A stretch of DNA of 63,576 bases, the filler included. It is 3 parts of 3 records of this genome, joined end to end, with 100 filler letters (N's around TTAATTAATTAA, not from the genome) between each part and the next. Parts side by side here need not be neighbours in the genome. Positions count along the whole stretch, not along the records: positions 27,608 to 57,863 come from SRR2962707_1432; 2 more parts are not named here. The stretch is one strand, 5' to 3'. A program made the position numbers and the translations under genes. The notes beneath the pieces were generated by a model, which saw only the letters and a program-made list of their open reading frames with translations, was not told where the DNA came from and searched no databases. Shown here piece after piece: positions 38,600-48,249 of this stretch (position 1 is the first letter of the stretch; each line of letters starts with the position of its first letter).

Positions 38600-39538
38600 G
38601 TGAGCGTACAGTATTTAAATGATGCATCATATCGCCCGTGTTTTTCGGGGCACGAAACTTTTCCTTTGCGATACGGTTGGTTGCAAAAGGCGTATTTCGC
38701 GGTTAGCTCTGCTGCTTCCCCCAAGGAAGCTGTCCACATATTTCGTGATCAAGATGCAATCGCCCGTTTTGGTGTCGGCCGAAACATGGTTACCGCAATT
38801 CGCTATTGGGCAACAGCTGCCGGTATAATTGAAGAATTTTCTGATGGGTTATCAGTAAGTTGGCTCGGAGATATGCTTTTTGGTCAAGTTGGTCTAGATC
38901 CTTACCTTGAAGATGACTCTTCTATTTGGTTGTTGCACTGGCATCTGGCTTCTCGTCCGCGGCTGACATCGGTTTATTGGCTGTTTAACGAATATCGTGG
39001 CGGTAGTTTTGTTAGGTCAGATCTGGTTTCTACTTTATTGGAAATAGCGAACGAACATGAATGGAGCAGAGTTGCCTCGACCACAGTAGACCGTGATCTG
39101 CAGTGTTTGCTTAGGACATATATTGGAGGACGAGGTTCAAGTGATGCTGGTGATTCTATCCTGGCCGAACTAGGGCTAATACGTCCTGTCGATAAGCAGC
39201 GTTCCAGACTTTCACGTGGTCGTAAACTAAGTTTGTCGGATCCAATATTTCTCTTTTGTCTCAGGGAGTTTTGGAGGGATGCAGCTGAAGTGCAGAGTTC
39301 GCTCTCATTCGAAAATATTGCGTATTCCCCTGGTTCTCCGGGAAAGGTCTTTCTGTTAGATGAAGAAGATATTGTAGAGCGGCTGGAGCGACTTGAGGAT
39401 GTATCCAAAGGTGCCTTGGTCTGGTCGGAAACTGCAGGGGTTAGACAAGTAATTCGTCGTAACCGATCAAGCACGGAAGATGATCGTGGGATGCTTAAAG
39501 GTGCCCTCTCACTTGCGCGCGGGCTAGAAGCAGCATGA
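38600..39538 (+). CDS. sspB: DUF4007 family protein (SspB-like)
   Basis: FSGHETFPLRYGWLQK, FGVGRNMVTAIRYW, DPYLE..WLLHW and SPGKVFLL; GTG start with SD GGAGG. Confidence 0.88.
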   Translation: MSVQYLNDASYRPCFSGHETFPLRYGWLQKAYFAVSSAASPKEAVHIFRDQDAIARFGVGRNMVTAIRYWATAAGIIEEFSDGLSVSWLGDMLFGQVGLDPYLEDDSSIWLLHWHLASRPRLTSVYWLFNEYRGGSFVRSDLVSTLLEIANEHEWSRVASTTVDRDLQCLLRTYIGGRGSSDAGDSILAELGLIRPVDKQRSRLSRGRKLSLSDPIFLFCLREFWRDAAEVQSSLSFENIAYSPGSPGKVFLLDEEDIVERLERLEDVSKGALVWSETAGVRQVIRRNRSSTEDDRGMLKGALSLARGLEAA

Positions 39539-42500
39539 ATAGAAAAACAGAATTAACTCCTAGATTTCGCCGGTCTGTAAGGATAGATACAGACTACAAG
39601 TCTGCGGTTGCGTTGGACGGGTTTTATTGTCCTGCATCTTTCCAGAATGCGTTAACCTTTATGGCAACGCATATAGCTGAGACGGAACAAGCAGCATTTA
39701 CTTGGACGGGTCCTTACGGTGGTGGAAAGTCAAGTCTTGCGCTCGCCCTCGCATGTCTTTTTGGCGCTCCCAAACCTATCCAAGACCGGGCATCTATTGC
39801 GCTTGGAAAGAGCGTCATCGATGCATTGCAGTCGTCTTTGCCTTTCTTCCCCAGCCAATGGGATGTTATTCCACTGGTTACAGAGCGGAGATCGATTAGC
39901 TCTCAAATTGCCGAATCTCTGAGTATTCCAAAAGAGTCATCTTCGTTATCGATTCTGCGGGAAATTGAAAGTCGAACTAAAGAGCGAGGTCTGCTTCTCA
40001 TCATGGATGAGATGGGGCGAGGTTTAGAGGCGGCTGCGGACGGCGATGGAGATCTTCATCTTCTACAGGATGTTGCAGAGCTGTCTTCAAGAAGTCAGGG
40101 GAGGTTTGTGTTCCTCGGCATTTTGCACCAGGCTTTTGAAGAGTATGCAGAGCGTTTAGGGCGTAGATCCCGTGACGAGTGGGCAAAAATTCAAGGGCGA
40201 TTTGTCGATATATCGATTTCAGTTTCGCTGGAGGAATCTGTCGAGCTTGTTGGGGAGGCGCTTGGGCATCATCGGGCTCTAAGCAAAGCTCTACCGCTTG
40301 CAGACGCATGCGTTGAAGCTATTCGTCCGGCCAGAGCCAAGGCCGATGCGAAGCGTATGGCGGCAAAACTTGCACGCACGGCGCCACTTCACCCATTCAC
40401 AGCATGCCTTCTGGCTCCTATGTCGCGAAGAAGGTTTAGCCAGAATCAGAGGAGTATATTCTCATTCTTAAGTTCGGCTGAGCCATTTGGTTTACAAGAT
40501 GCTTTGGCCAAAGAGGCAATTGACGGCTGCTACTCTCCCCATCTTTTGTGGGATTACTTGAAAGCCAATTTTGAGCCTGCAATCCTATCTTCTCCTGATG
40601 GCAGAAGATGGTCACTTGCACATGATGTGATTGAGCGAGCTACTGCGCGAGGTGCGGTTGAAGCAGAGATCAAAATTCTCAAAACTATTGCAATCCTAGA
40701 TCTACTCAAGGATCGCTCAGGGCTGTCAACAGAACCACAAACTATTGCATTGGCTTTGCAAGCCATTGACGGGTCCGCGCTTGATGCGGCGCTTATAAAC
40801 TTGGAGCGTCAATCGGAGATAGTTTTTAGGAAGCATTCAGGCCATTACTTGCTTTACGCAGGATCAGATTTTGATGTTGAGGCGCGCTTGCAGGAGGTGC
40901 TTTCTGAAACGCGAGATATTGATCTTCGGCTGGTGCGTTCTTTGGCGGACCTGCAGCCAATGTTGGCAAAGCGACATCATGAGAAAACGGGCACTATGCG
41001 CTGGTTCGAAATGTCGATCGAACAGGTTTCTGAACTAGATAATCTGACCCGACCGGATCAGGGCGGCGATATCGTTGGGCGCATAGTGTTTCCATTGCCA
41101 ACAATTGGTGAGACCGAGGGTGAAGTATTTGCCGCGTATGAACGTGCAATAAACCTTGATAACTCATATCCATTGTTCATCGGGCATCACCCAAAATCTT
41201 TGATGGTTTTGGACTTAGTACGTGAACTGTCGGGTCTAAGCAGTTTGGGGGCAAAGTTTCCGGAGCTGAGTGGTGACCCTATCGCGCGACGTGAAATTGA
41301 TTCTCGTGTTACTGAAGTACGCCAAAAGTTAGAGGATAGTCTGAACGGATTTATTGGCGAATGCTTGTGGTATTGCGGTACAAACGAACCGTGCCACCTA
41401 ACGAAAAGTCTCTTAAACGAACGGTTGTCTTCATACGTGGACAAGCTCTTTAGGGCCGGTCCGTGTATCCGAAACGAATTGCTAAATTGCTCCGCTCCAT
41501 CCTCGAATGCCGTTAGCGCCCGTACAAAGCTGATGAAGAGGATGCCTCTCTATGCAAGCGATCCAAACTTAGGGTTTGAAGACAAGAAGTATCCTGCAGA
41601 ACGCGGTTTATATATTTCGCTTCTAAAAGAGACCGGGCTGCATGTAGATGGACGATTTACGCCTCCGAAAGAAGGTGAAGGACTCTACCCTCTGTGGTCT
41701 ATTGCGGACAAAATGCTTTGCGATAACGATCATGGGATGGTTACGGCCGATAAAATAATAAGAGCTTGGGGGGAGGCCCCTATTGGCCTAAAGGCTGGTT
41801 TGGGCCCAGTGTTTTTAATCGCATATGCTCTCTCTCGTCGCTCGTCCGTAGCAATCTATGGAGAGGGTGTTTTCCAGAGTAGCTTCAACGATTTATGTGT
41901 TGAGTTTCTTGCTAGGGACCCCAGAGACATCGGGTTGCGACGTGTTGAGATGGAGGGGTTCATCGGTGACACCCTTGAGGAGCTCGGAGCCCTTCTGAAC
42001 TTGAAAGGGGTAATAGATCCCTTATCGGTTGCGCGGACCATAATAGGTGAGTTCGATGCACTTGTTCCGTGGACGGCGCGAACGCAATCACTTTCCCCGC
42101 AAACGCTTCAAATAAGAGAAATTTTGAAGCGCGCAAGTGATCCGAACAAACTGCTTTTTGATGATTTGCCCCGTCTTACTAAGCCATTGCCAGACGGCAG
42201 TTTCGGTCCCAATGCAACCGCTATCTTGTTAAGAGATGCTTTGGCTGAAATGAGGGCGGCTTATCCCAAAGTTTTGGATGAACTAAAAGACCTCTTGTTG
42301 AGAGAGCTTGATGTTCGAGGGCGGGGCGAAACTGCACTTCAAGAGTTGCGCGATCGTGCAGACAATATTCGTCAAATCGCAGGCGAGTTACGTCTCGAAG
42401 CTTTCGTGGGGCGGTTAACGCAATTCCATGGTACGCGCGAGGATATTGAGGGCATAGTCAGTATTGCCAGCGATAAACTTCCTTCTGATTGGAATGATGT

Positions 42501-42828
42501 AGATTGTGAGCGCGCTGGTGTAGGCATCGTGGAACTGGCTAACTCATTCCTCAAAACTGAAACGATGGCGCGGGTAAAGGGCCGCAAAGATCGGCGCCAT
42601 GCCCTTGCAGTGATGGTTGGCAAGGACTCTGGCCCTCGCCAACTATTCAGAGAGTTTGCGTTGGCGGATGTTGATAAGAAAGACGTCGAGCAGTTGGCAG
42701 GTGTTGTCGACGAAGCGCTTAACAAATCTGACCAAAAGCGGCGTGACATTATTCTGGCTGCACTGATCGAAGTGACATCTAAATACATTGATTCTGATTC
42801 AAAACATCAAGTGGGAGAGCATGTATGA
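39535..42828 (+). CDS. sspC: Large P-loop ATPase (SspC-like)
   Basis: FRRSVRI, TGPYGGGKSS (Walker A), LIMDEMGR (Walker B), EWAKIQGRF and QNQRSIFSFL; ATGA-coupled on both sides. Confidence 0.85.
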   Translation: MNRKTELTPRFRRSVRIDTDYKSAVALDGFYCPASFQNALTFMATHIAETEQAAFTWTGPYGGGKSSLALALACLFGAPKPIQDRASIALGKSVIDALQSSLPFFPSQWDVIPLVTERRSISSQIAESLSIPKESSSLSILREIESRTKERGLLLIMDEMGRGLEAAADGDGDLHLLQDVAELSSRSQGRFVFLGILHQAFEEYAERLGRRSRDEWAKIQGRFVDISISVSLEESVELVGEALGHHRALSKALPLADACVEAIRPARAKADAKRMAAKLARTAPLHPFTACLLAPMSRRRFSQNQRSIFSFLSSAEPFGLQDALAKEAIDGCYSPHLLWDYLKANFEPAILSSPDGRRWSLAHDVIERATARGAVEAEIKILKTIAILDLLKDRSGLSTEPQTIALALQAIDGSALDAALINLERQSEIVFRKHSGHYLLYAGSDFDVEARLQEVLSETRDIDLRLVRSLADLQPMLAKRHHEKTGTMRWFEMSIEQVSELDNLTRPDQGGDIVGRIVFPLPTIGETEGEVFAAYERAINLDNSYPLFIGHHPKSLMVLDLVRELSGLSSLGAKFPELSGDPIARREIDSRVTEVRQKLEDSLNGFIGECLWYCGTNEPCHLTKSLLNERLSSYVDKLFRAGPCIRNELLNCSAPSSNAVSARTKLMKRMPLYASDPNLGFEDKKYPAERGLYISLLKETGLHVDGRFTPPKEGEGLYPLWSIADKMLCDNDHGMVTADKIIRAWGEAPIGLKAGLGPVFLIAYALSRRSSVAIYGEGVFQSSFNDLCVEFLARDPRDIGLRRVEMEGFIGDTLEELGALLNLKGVIDPLSVARTIIGEFDALVPWTARTQSLSPQTLQIREILKRASDPNKLLFDDLPRLTKPLPDGSFGPNATAILLRDALAEMRAAYPKVLDELKDLLLRELDVRGRGETALQELRDRADNIRQIAGELRLEAFVGRLTQFHGTREDIEGIVSIASDKLPSDWNDVDCERAGVGIVELANSFLKTETMARVKGRKDRRHALAVMVGKDSGPRQLFREFALADVDKKDVEQLAGVVDEALNKSDQKRRDIILAALIEVTSKYIDSDSKHQVGEHV

Positions 42829-43658
42829 GTGTGACCCGACATGTTCTTGGTCTGTCTGGTGGTCGGGACAGTGCGGCATTGGCGGTATTTATGCGCCAGC
42901 GTTTCCCTGAGCTCGACATTGACTACTTCTTTACAGACACTGGAAAGGAGTTGCCTGAGGTATACAGTTATCTCACGCGTCTTGAGGGGTATTTGGGTAA
43001 GCCAATTAAGAAGCTGAATCCAAATAGAGACTTTGATTATTGGTTGAAGACGTACAAGAGCTATCTGCCGTCTCCCCAGTCGCGTTGGTGCACGCGACAG
43101 CTTAAGCTTCGACCATTTGAAGAATGGGTACAAAAATTTCTCAAGGCCGGAGATAAGGTGATTTCCTACGTCGCGATTCGAAGTGATGAGGAGTACCGAG
43201 CAGGGTACCAGTCTAATAAGGAGAAGCTACAAGTAAAATTGCCATTCAAGGAAAGTGGAATTGATAAGGCTAGTGTGATCGATATTCTAGAGGGGTCTGG
43301 CCTCGGATTGCCCGACTATTACGATTGGCGGTCACGAAGCGGATGTACTTTCTGCTTCTATCAACAAAAAATTGAATGGGTTCGCCTCCTTGAACGTCAC
43401 CCAAAAAGGTTTGAAGAAGCTAAGCAATACGAAAAAACGGCCCTCGAAAATGGCTCCCCTTTTACATGGAGCCAAGGTGAATCTCTAAAAGATCTAGAGC
43501 AACCTGAACGACAACAACAAATTCGAGAAGAGCATGAGTTGCGCCTTGAGAGAGCGCGTTCACGCTTGCAAGAAAACCCTTTGAGACCGAATACATCAAT
43601 TGATATCGATGACATCTATGGTGATGCATCGAAGGCGTGTCTCGCTTGTCATAAGTAG
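42825..43658 (+). CDS. sspD: PAPS reductase-family ATP pyrophosphatase (SspD-like)
   Basis: PP-loop LSGGRDS, DTGKE, RWCTRQLK, RSGCTFCFYQ and C-terminal CLACHK. Confidence 0.88.
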   Translation: MSVTRHVLGLSGGRDSAALAVFMRQRFPELDIDYFFTDTGKELPEVYSYLTRLEGYLGKPIKKLNPNRDFDYWLKTYKSYLPSPQSRWCTRQLKLRPFEEWVQKFLKAGDKVISYVAIRSDEEYRAGYQSNKEKLQVKLPFKESGIDKASVIDILEGSGLGLPDYYDWRSRSGCTFCFYQQKIEWVRLLERHPKRFEEAKQYEKTALENGSPFTWSQGESLKDLEQPERQQQIREEHELRLERARSRLQENPLRPNTSIDIDDIYGDASKACLACHK

Positions 43659-43688
43659 TTGAAGAGGTTAATACTACTTAAAGTATAA

Positions 43689-44222
43689 GTGGGGGGAGCC
43701 GTGGACTTTTCTAAGCTCGAGAAATTTGCTGATGCTGCTACACAAGAAATCGCCAAATTTTCTCTCGAATTCTGCTTATCTCCAGAGCGCCTAAAGGTGA
43801 CCGATTTTGGTATAGACGGCCTCAACTGGTCGCATATCCCATATGGTGATGAGAGGATTGAGGAAGTGCCAAATGACAAGCGTGGTGTGTATGCGTTTGT
43901 CATTTCGCACGACAACGGTATTTTGCCTCCGCATAAGTATGTTGCGTATATCGGTATTGCAGGGCGCAAATCGGACAGGGCGCTTAGGGAGAGGTACAGG
44001 GATTACCTGTACGTGAACAAAGTTATAAAGCGACCTAAGATTGCGAGGTTGATAGGTACCTGGCATTCAGTCCTGCAATTCTACTTTGCCGCAGTTGAAG
44101 AGAATATAGAGACTGAGGCTCTCGAAGAAATAGAGAGAGCCTTAACTAGTGCTTTATTGCCTCCTTGTTCACAAGGTGACCTTGATGCGGATCTAAAGCA
44201 GAAACGGAGCGCATTCCAATGA
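43689..44222 (+). CDS. GIY-YIG-like nuclease
   Basis: RGVYAF...YVAYIGIAG...LRERYRDY...EEIERAL: GIY, YIG, Arg and Glu in the expected order; start may be GTG 43701. Confidence 0.7.
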   Translation: MGGAVDFSKLEKFADAATQEIAKFSLEFCLSPERLKVTDFGIDGLNWSHIPYGDERIEEVPNDKRGVYAFVISHDNGILPPHKYVAYIGIAGRKSDRALRERYRDYLYVNKVIKRPKIARLIGTWHSVLQFYFAAVEENIETEALEEIERALTSALLPPCSQGDLDADLKQKRSAFQ

Positions 44223-45481
44223 CGAAACAAGTTGAACATAAGTCTATTGTGCTCCCCGCGTTGAGAGGGGTGATGGGAGACTGGGTTTATTACTCTGCTC
44301 TAATGAACGCAGAGGAAATCGGATTGCGTGTATCTTATGCCGATGAGATACATAAAAATAAAAATTTATCTGCAATGATTCAACGCAAGTTGAATGCTGG
44401 TCGTGCCAAGGAAATTGCGACCTACATTCAGGAACAGCCAGAGAGGTTTTTCAATTCAATTGTGGTTGCAACATATGATGGCGAACCCAACTGGTTCGCA
44501 GTTTCGGGTGTGAAACCAAGCGACGATTCGATTTCTGCTGAAGATTTCACTGAAGAAACTCTGAACTCTGTGGGTTTTTTGAAATTCCGAGGTGATGAGA
44601 AACTGTTTGCTATTGATGGACAGCATCGTCTTGCTGGAATTAAGAGAGCGTGTACCGATGGTCTTAAACAAGATCAAATTGATGAACTGTCGGTTATTTT
44701 TGTCGCGCATAAGAAGTCAAAAAGTGGGCTGGAAAGAACGCGTCGCCTGTTCACAACACTGAATAAAACAGCAAAGCCAGTCGTAAAAGGCGATATAATT
44801 GCTCTTGATGAAGACGATGTTATGGCTATTTGTGCTCGCCGTTTGATTGAGGAGACAGAGCTCTTTGGTGGAAGTAGAATAGCATTTGTCGCAACAAATA
44901 ACATGCCAAGCGGGAACTTCGAGAGTCTTACGACGATTGGTAATCTATACGACATACTTTTGACAATTTTTACGAAATTTCCGTCAGATCTAAAGGAATC
45001 TAAGAGAAACCTCCGGAACATCCGTCCTAGCGAAGAACGCTTGGAGGAGTTTTTCAATTTCGCGATGTGCTTCTTTAAAGATCTCGGTAAGAACTTTCCT
45101 GAAATTAATGAGTTTTACAAATCAACCGAAGCTGAAAATATTGTCCGCAAATATCGCGGGCAGCACGGTGGAAGTGCTTTGTTCAGACCAATTGGTATTC
45201 AAATACTTGTCGACGTCATAGCTCGGCTCACTACGAAGCAGGATCTGTCTACTGCAATGCAGGTAGCATCGAAATTGCCACGGAATTTAAATGAGGCACC
45301 TTACTTGGGATTGATGTGGAATGCGAGTAACCGGACTATTTCGAACTCTCATAAGGTTACTCTTAGGGAAGTTCTTTGCCATATGGTTGGGTGCTCAAAA
45401 TACTCTGAGGAAAAATTAACTGAGAGGTATAGAAAAGAAATTTCCCAAGAAGACGCAGTGCTTCCAGAAAAAGTTATATGA
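44219..45481 (+). CDS. DGQHR-domain protein (DndB/ParB-like)
   Basis: IQR, FFNSIVVA, AIDGQHRLAGI and RRLFTTLNKTAKPV; ATGA-coupled to the GIY-YIG gene. Confidence 0.9.
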   Translation: MTKQVEHKSIVLPALRGVMGDWVYYSALMNAEEIGLRVSYADEIHKNKNLSAMIQRKLNAGRAKEIATYIQEQPERFFNSIVVATYDGEPNWFAVSGVKPSDDSISAEDFTEETLNSVGFLKFRGDEKLFAIDGQHRLAGIKRACTDGLKQDQIDELSVIFVAHKKSKSGLERTRRLFTTLNKTAKPVVKGDIIALDEDDVMAICARRLIEETELFGGSRIAFVATNNMPSGNFESLTTIGNLYDILLTIFTKFPSDLKESKRNLRNIRPSEERLEEFFNFAMCFFKDLGKNFPEINEFYKSTEAENIVRKYRGQHGGSALFRPIGIQILVDVIARLTTKQDLSTAMQVASKLPRNLNEAPYLGLMWNASNRTISNSHKVTLREVLCHMVGCSKYSEEKLTERYRKEISQEDAVLPEKVI

Positions 45482-45500
45482 ATATTTATAGGGGGGGGTG

Positions 45501-47948
45501 ATGGTCGAGAAATTGTTTTGGCGATTATTTAATTGTCATTCAGAAGTAGCTGTTCTTGACACAATAAAAGATGAGAATCTTCATCTCTCTCAGAGAAATT
45601 GGAAGCCCTACGGAGGGACTGACAATAACTACGGTGTTGTTGAGAACCAACAAGCGTCACCAATTCCAGCGCTAGTAGAAAAAGTTACTAATAGCATCGA
45701 TGCTATATTAGAACGGCGGTGCCTTGAGGAAGGAATAGACCCAAAATCATCTACTGCTCCCCAGTCTATAAGTGCAGGTATAGACAGGTTTTTTCCTGAT
45801 CACCGTAACTGGGATCTTCCTGCTCAACGCAAGCAACAATCTGAGAAGTTGCAAATCATCGCTGATGGCCCTCGGGGAGAGACTTCACTTATCATCTACG
45901 ACGATGGGGTCGGACAGGCGCCAGAAGACTTTGAACGCACTTTCCTTTCGTTGCTTAGGGGCAACAAAAACGAAATCCATTTTGTCCAGGGTAAGTACAA
46001 TATGGGCGGCGCTGGTGCAGTCGTTTTTTGTGGGAAGCAGAGGTTTCAGCTGATTGCCTCTAAGAGATACGACAGCAGCAGTGAATTTGGCTTCACTTTG
46101 GTTCGCAGGCACCCCCTGAACTCTGTTGAAGAACACAGTCGCAAAAACACATGGTACGAGTATCTAGTAATTGATGGCCGCATACCATCATTTGAAATTG
46201 ATGAACTCGACCTCGGTCTTGCAAACCGCAAGTTTCGAACTGGCAGCATTTTGAAGCTTTACTCATATGATCTGCCATCGGGCTCGCGCTCTGTGATATC
46301 CCGCGACCTAAATCAAAGTTTAAATGAATATCTTTTCCATCCTGCGCTTCCTGTTTTGACGGTGGACACGAAAGAGAGATATCCGGATGACCGCAATTTG
46401 GAGCGTGATCTCTTCGGTCTTAAGAGACGGCTTGAAGATGATGACAGTAAATATGTGGAAGCGTATTTCTCTGATGAGATTAATGATGCGGAACTTGGCG
46501 CTCTAAGGGTCACGTCCTACGTCTTTAAAGCGCGGTCGGATGGTAAGACATCAAAGGAAACCCGGGGTACAATCCAGCGCGAATTCTTCAAGAATAATAT
46601 GGCTGTTGTGTTCTCGATTAATGGTCAGGTGCACGGCCACTTTACGTCAGAATTTATTACGAGATCGCTGAAGTTTCCTATTTTGAAAGACCACCTCTTA
46701 ATTCATGTCGACTGTACAGGTGTCAAAACAAGCGTACGAAACGAACTGTTTATGGCGTCCCGAGACCGGCTGAAGGAGGGCGAAGAAGCTCGCAATTTGC
46801 GAAAAAATATCGCCAGGCTCTTAGTCAACGGGCGTCTCAAGGAAATAAACTCTTCGCGCAAAGCATCCCTGAATATTGAGGGGAATGACGCGCAAGATAT
46901 TTTGCGGAATATGACGAAAAATATGCCGTTGAAGGATGACCTTGCCAAGCTTCTCAATCAAACTTTTCGCTTAGAAGATGATCGAGAAGGTAAACGTCAG
47001 AAGCAGAAATCCAAAAATAAGCCTGAATCTCCAAAGCAAGAAAAGCCCGTTTTTAACCCGCAAAGGTTCCCGTCCACTTTTGAAATTGAAGTTAAGGCAA
47101 CAAACGAGGATGGGACGCCTCTAGTGATACTTCCTTTGGGTGGTTCGAAGAGCGTTCGCTTCTCCACTGACGTCGAAGATCATTATTTTGATCGAGTTTC
47201 TGAGCCGGGAGAGCTCCAGATAGCGGTTTTGGGGCCTGAGCCATCCCGAGATAGTGGGGGTGACCAGCCCGGAGATCTGACTGACATCAAATCGGTACTG
47301 AATGTTGTAAAGTCCAGTCCCGCTTCAGGCTCCATACGGGTTCACATAAACGCTACCGAAGAGCTGAATGTGGGTGATGCTGTTACGGTTCGGGCAGAAC
47401 TTACCCATCCATCCGGCGTTCTTGATCAGTTATTTATTGTTAAGGTAACCGACCCAGAAAAGAAAAAGCCGTCGAAGGATCCTGGTGATACACCAGACGA
47501 CCGAATGGGGCTGCCAGAACCAGTTATGGTTTACAAAGAGCTGAGAGATGGCCTCTCTGCGGATGTGCTGACTTGGGATCGGCTGGATGAAGTGGGTATT
47601 ACCATGTCGCATGAGACGGTGGTACACCCCCTTGCTGATGAGGATGGACTCAGCAAAGTCTATATCAATATGGACAGCTCTGCGCTGTTGAATTATCGCA
47701 GCGCCCTAAAGACAGAGGATGCGATCACCGTTGCAGAAAAACGTTATTTTTCAGCGGTTTATTTTCATACTCTGTTTCTTTTCGCTATTACAAAGAACCG
47801 AAAGTACCAGATTCAGCGTGAAGCAAATGAAACAGATAGCGAGTCTGTCGAAGTCACGGAATACATTTCAGACCTGTTCACCAATGCCTATGCTCAGTTT
47901 CTTCTTAGTTTCGATACGCAAGAACTTATTAGTGCTCTAGAGGCGTGA
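45501..47948 (+). CDS. Large GHKL (HATPase_c / MORC-like) ATPase
   Basis: ALVEKVTNSIDA (N-box), IYDDGVGQ (DxGxG), QGKYNMGGAG (G2) and downstream TGS; 19 nt after the DGQHR stop. Confidence 0.75.
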   Translation: MVEKLFWRLFNCHSEVAVLDTIKDENLHLSQRNWKPYGGTDNNYGVVENQQASPIPALVEKVTNSIDAILERRCLEEGIDPKSSTAPQSISAGIDRFFPDHRNWDLPAQRKQQSEKLQIIADGPRGETSLIIYDDGVGQAPEDFERTFLSLLRGNKNEIHFVQGKYNMGGAGAVVFCGKQRFQLIASKRYDSSSEFGFTLVRRHPLNSVEEHSRKNTWYEYLVIDGRIPSFEIDELDLGLANRKFRTGSILKLYSYDLPSGSRSVISRDLNQSLNEYLFHPALPVLTVDTKERYPDDRNLERDLFGLKRRLEDDDSKYVEAYFSDEINDAELGALRVTSYVFKARSDGKTSKETRGTIQREFFKNNMAVVFSINGQVHGHFTSEFITRSLKFPILKDHLLIHVDCTGVKTSVRNELFMASRDRLKEGEEARNLRKNIARLLVNGRLKEINSSRKASLNIEGNDAQDILRNMTKNMPLKDDLAKLLNQTFRLEDDREGKRQKQKSKNKPESPKQEKPVFNPQRFPSTFEIEVKATNEDGTPLVILPLGGSKSVRFSTDVEDHYFDRVSEPGELQIAVLGPEPSRDSGGDQPGDLTDIKSVLNVVKSSPASGSIRVHINATEELNVGDAVTVRAELTHPSGVLDQLFIVKVTDPEKKKPSKDPGDTPDDRMGLPEPVMVYKELRDGLSADVLTWDRLDEVGITMSHETVVHPLADEDGLSKVYINMDSSALLNYRSALKTEDAITVAEKRYFSAVYFHTLFLFAITKNRKYQIQREANETDSESVEVTEYISDLFTNAYAQFLLSFDTQELISALEA

Positions 47949-48249
47949 AAAAATTGCGCGAATAAGCCTGTATAGCACTCAAAAGGTGAATCGCACAGCG
48001 TTAAGCTGGTCACGTTCAAGTGCGCTGGTTAAGATCCTGTGTTGCATATAGGTTATGGTAATTTTGGCCTGGGTCGGACTCGAACTACTCAAACGGCGAG
48101 GGAACCGACAACCCTGACCCCTCGGCTAGTTTGTATATTCAGGATAGTGTGTAACTTTCAAATGATTTCGACTTTTCAAAACTGCACGACCCATGAAATT
48201 GGTTAATAGTAAGCTATAAGGTTGGGCGTTCTGGAACACAGGGGAGATT

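Noticed and set aside
38523-38630. N-terminal extension of the cysteine desulfurase
   Set aside because: It overlaps the sspB start; the family N-terminus IYLD follows ATG 38522.
42825-43658. Housekeeping cysH (sulfate assimilation)
   Set aside because: No cys genes nearby; it is coupled to the DUF4007 and ATPase genes inside a mobile island.
37377-47948. BREX type 4 or classical DndABCDE system
   Set aside because: No pglZ or brxL, and no DndD (SMC-like) or DndE gene recognised; the order DUF4007-ATPase-PAPS reductase fits sspBCD.
47949-48249. ncRNA or retron-like element in the 300-bp gap
   Set aside because: Only weak pairing seen, and no reverse transcriptase in the window.
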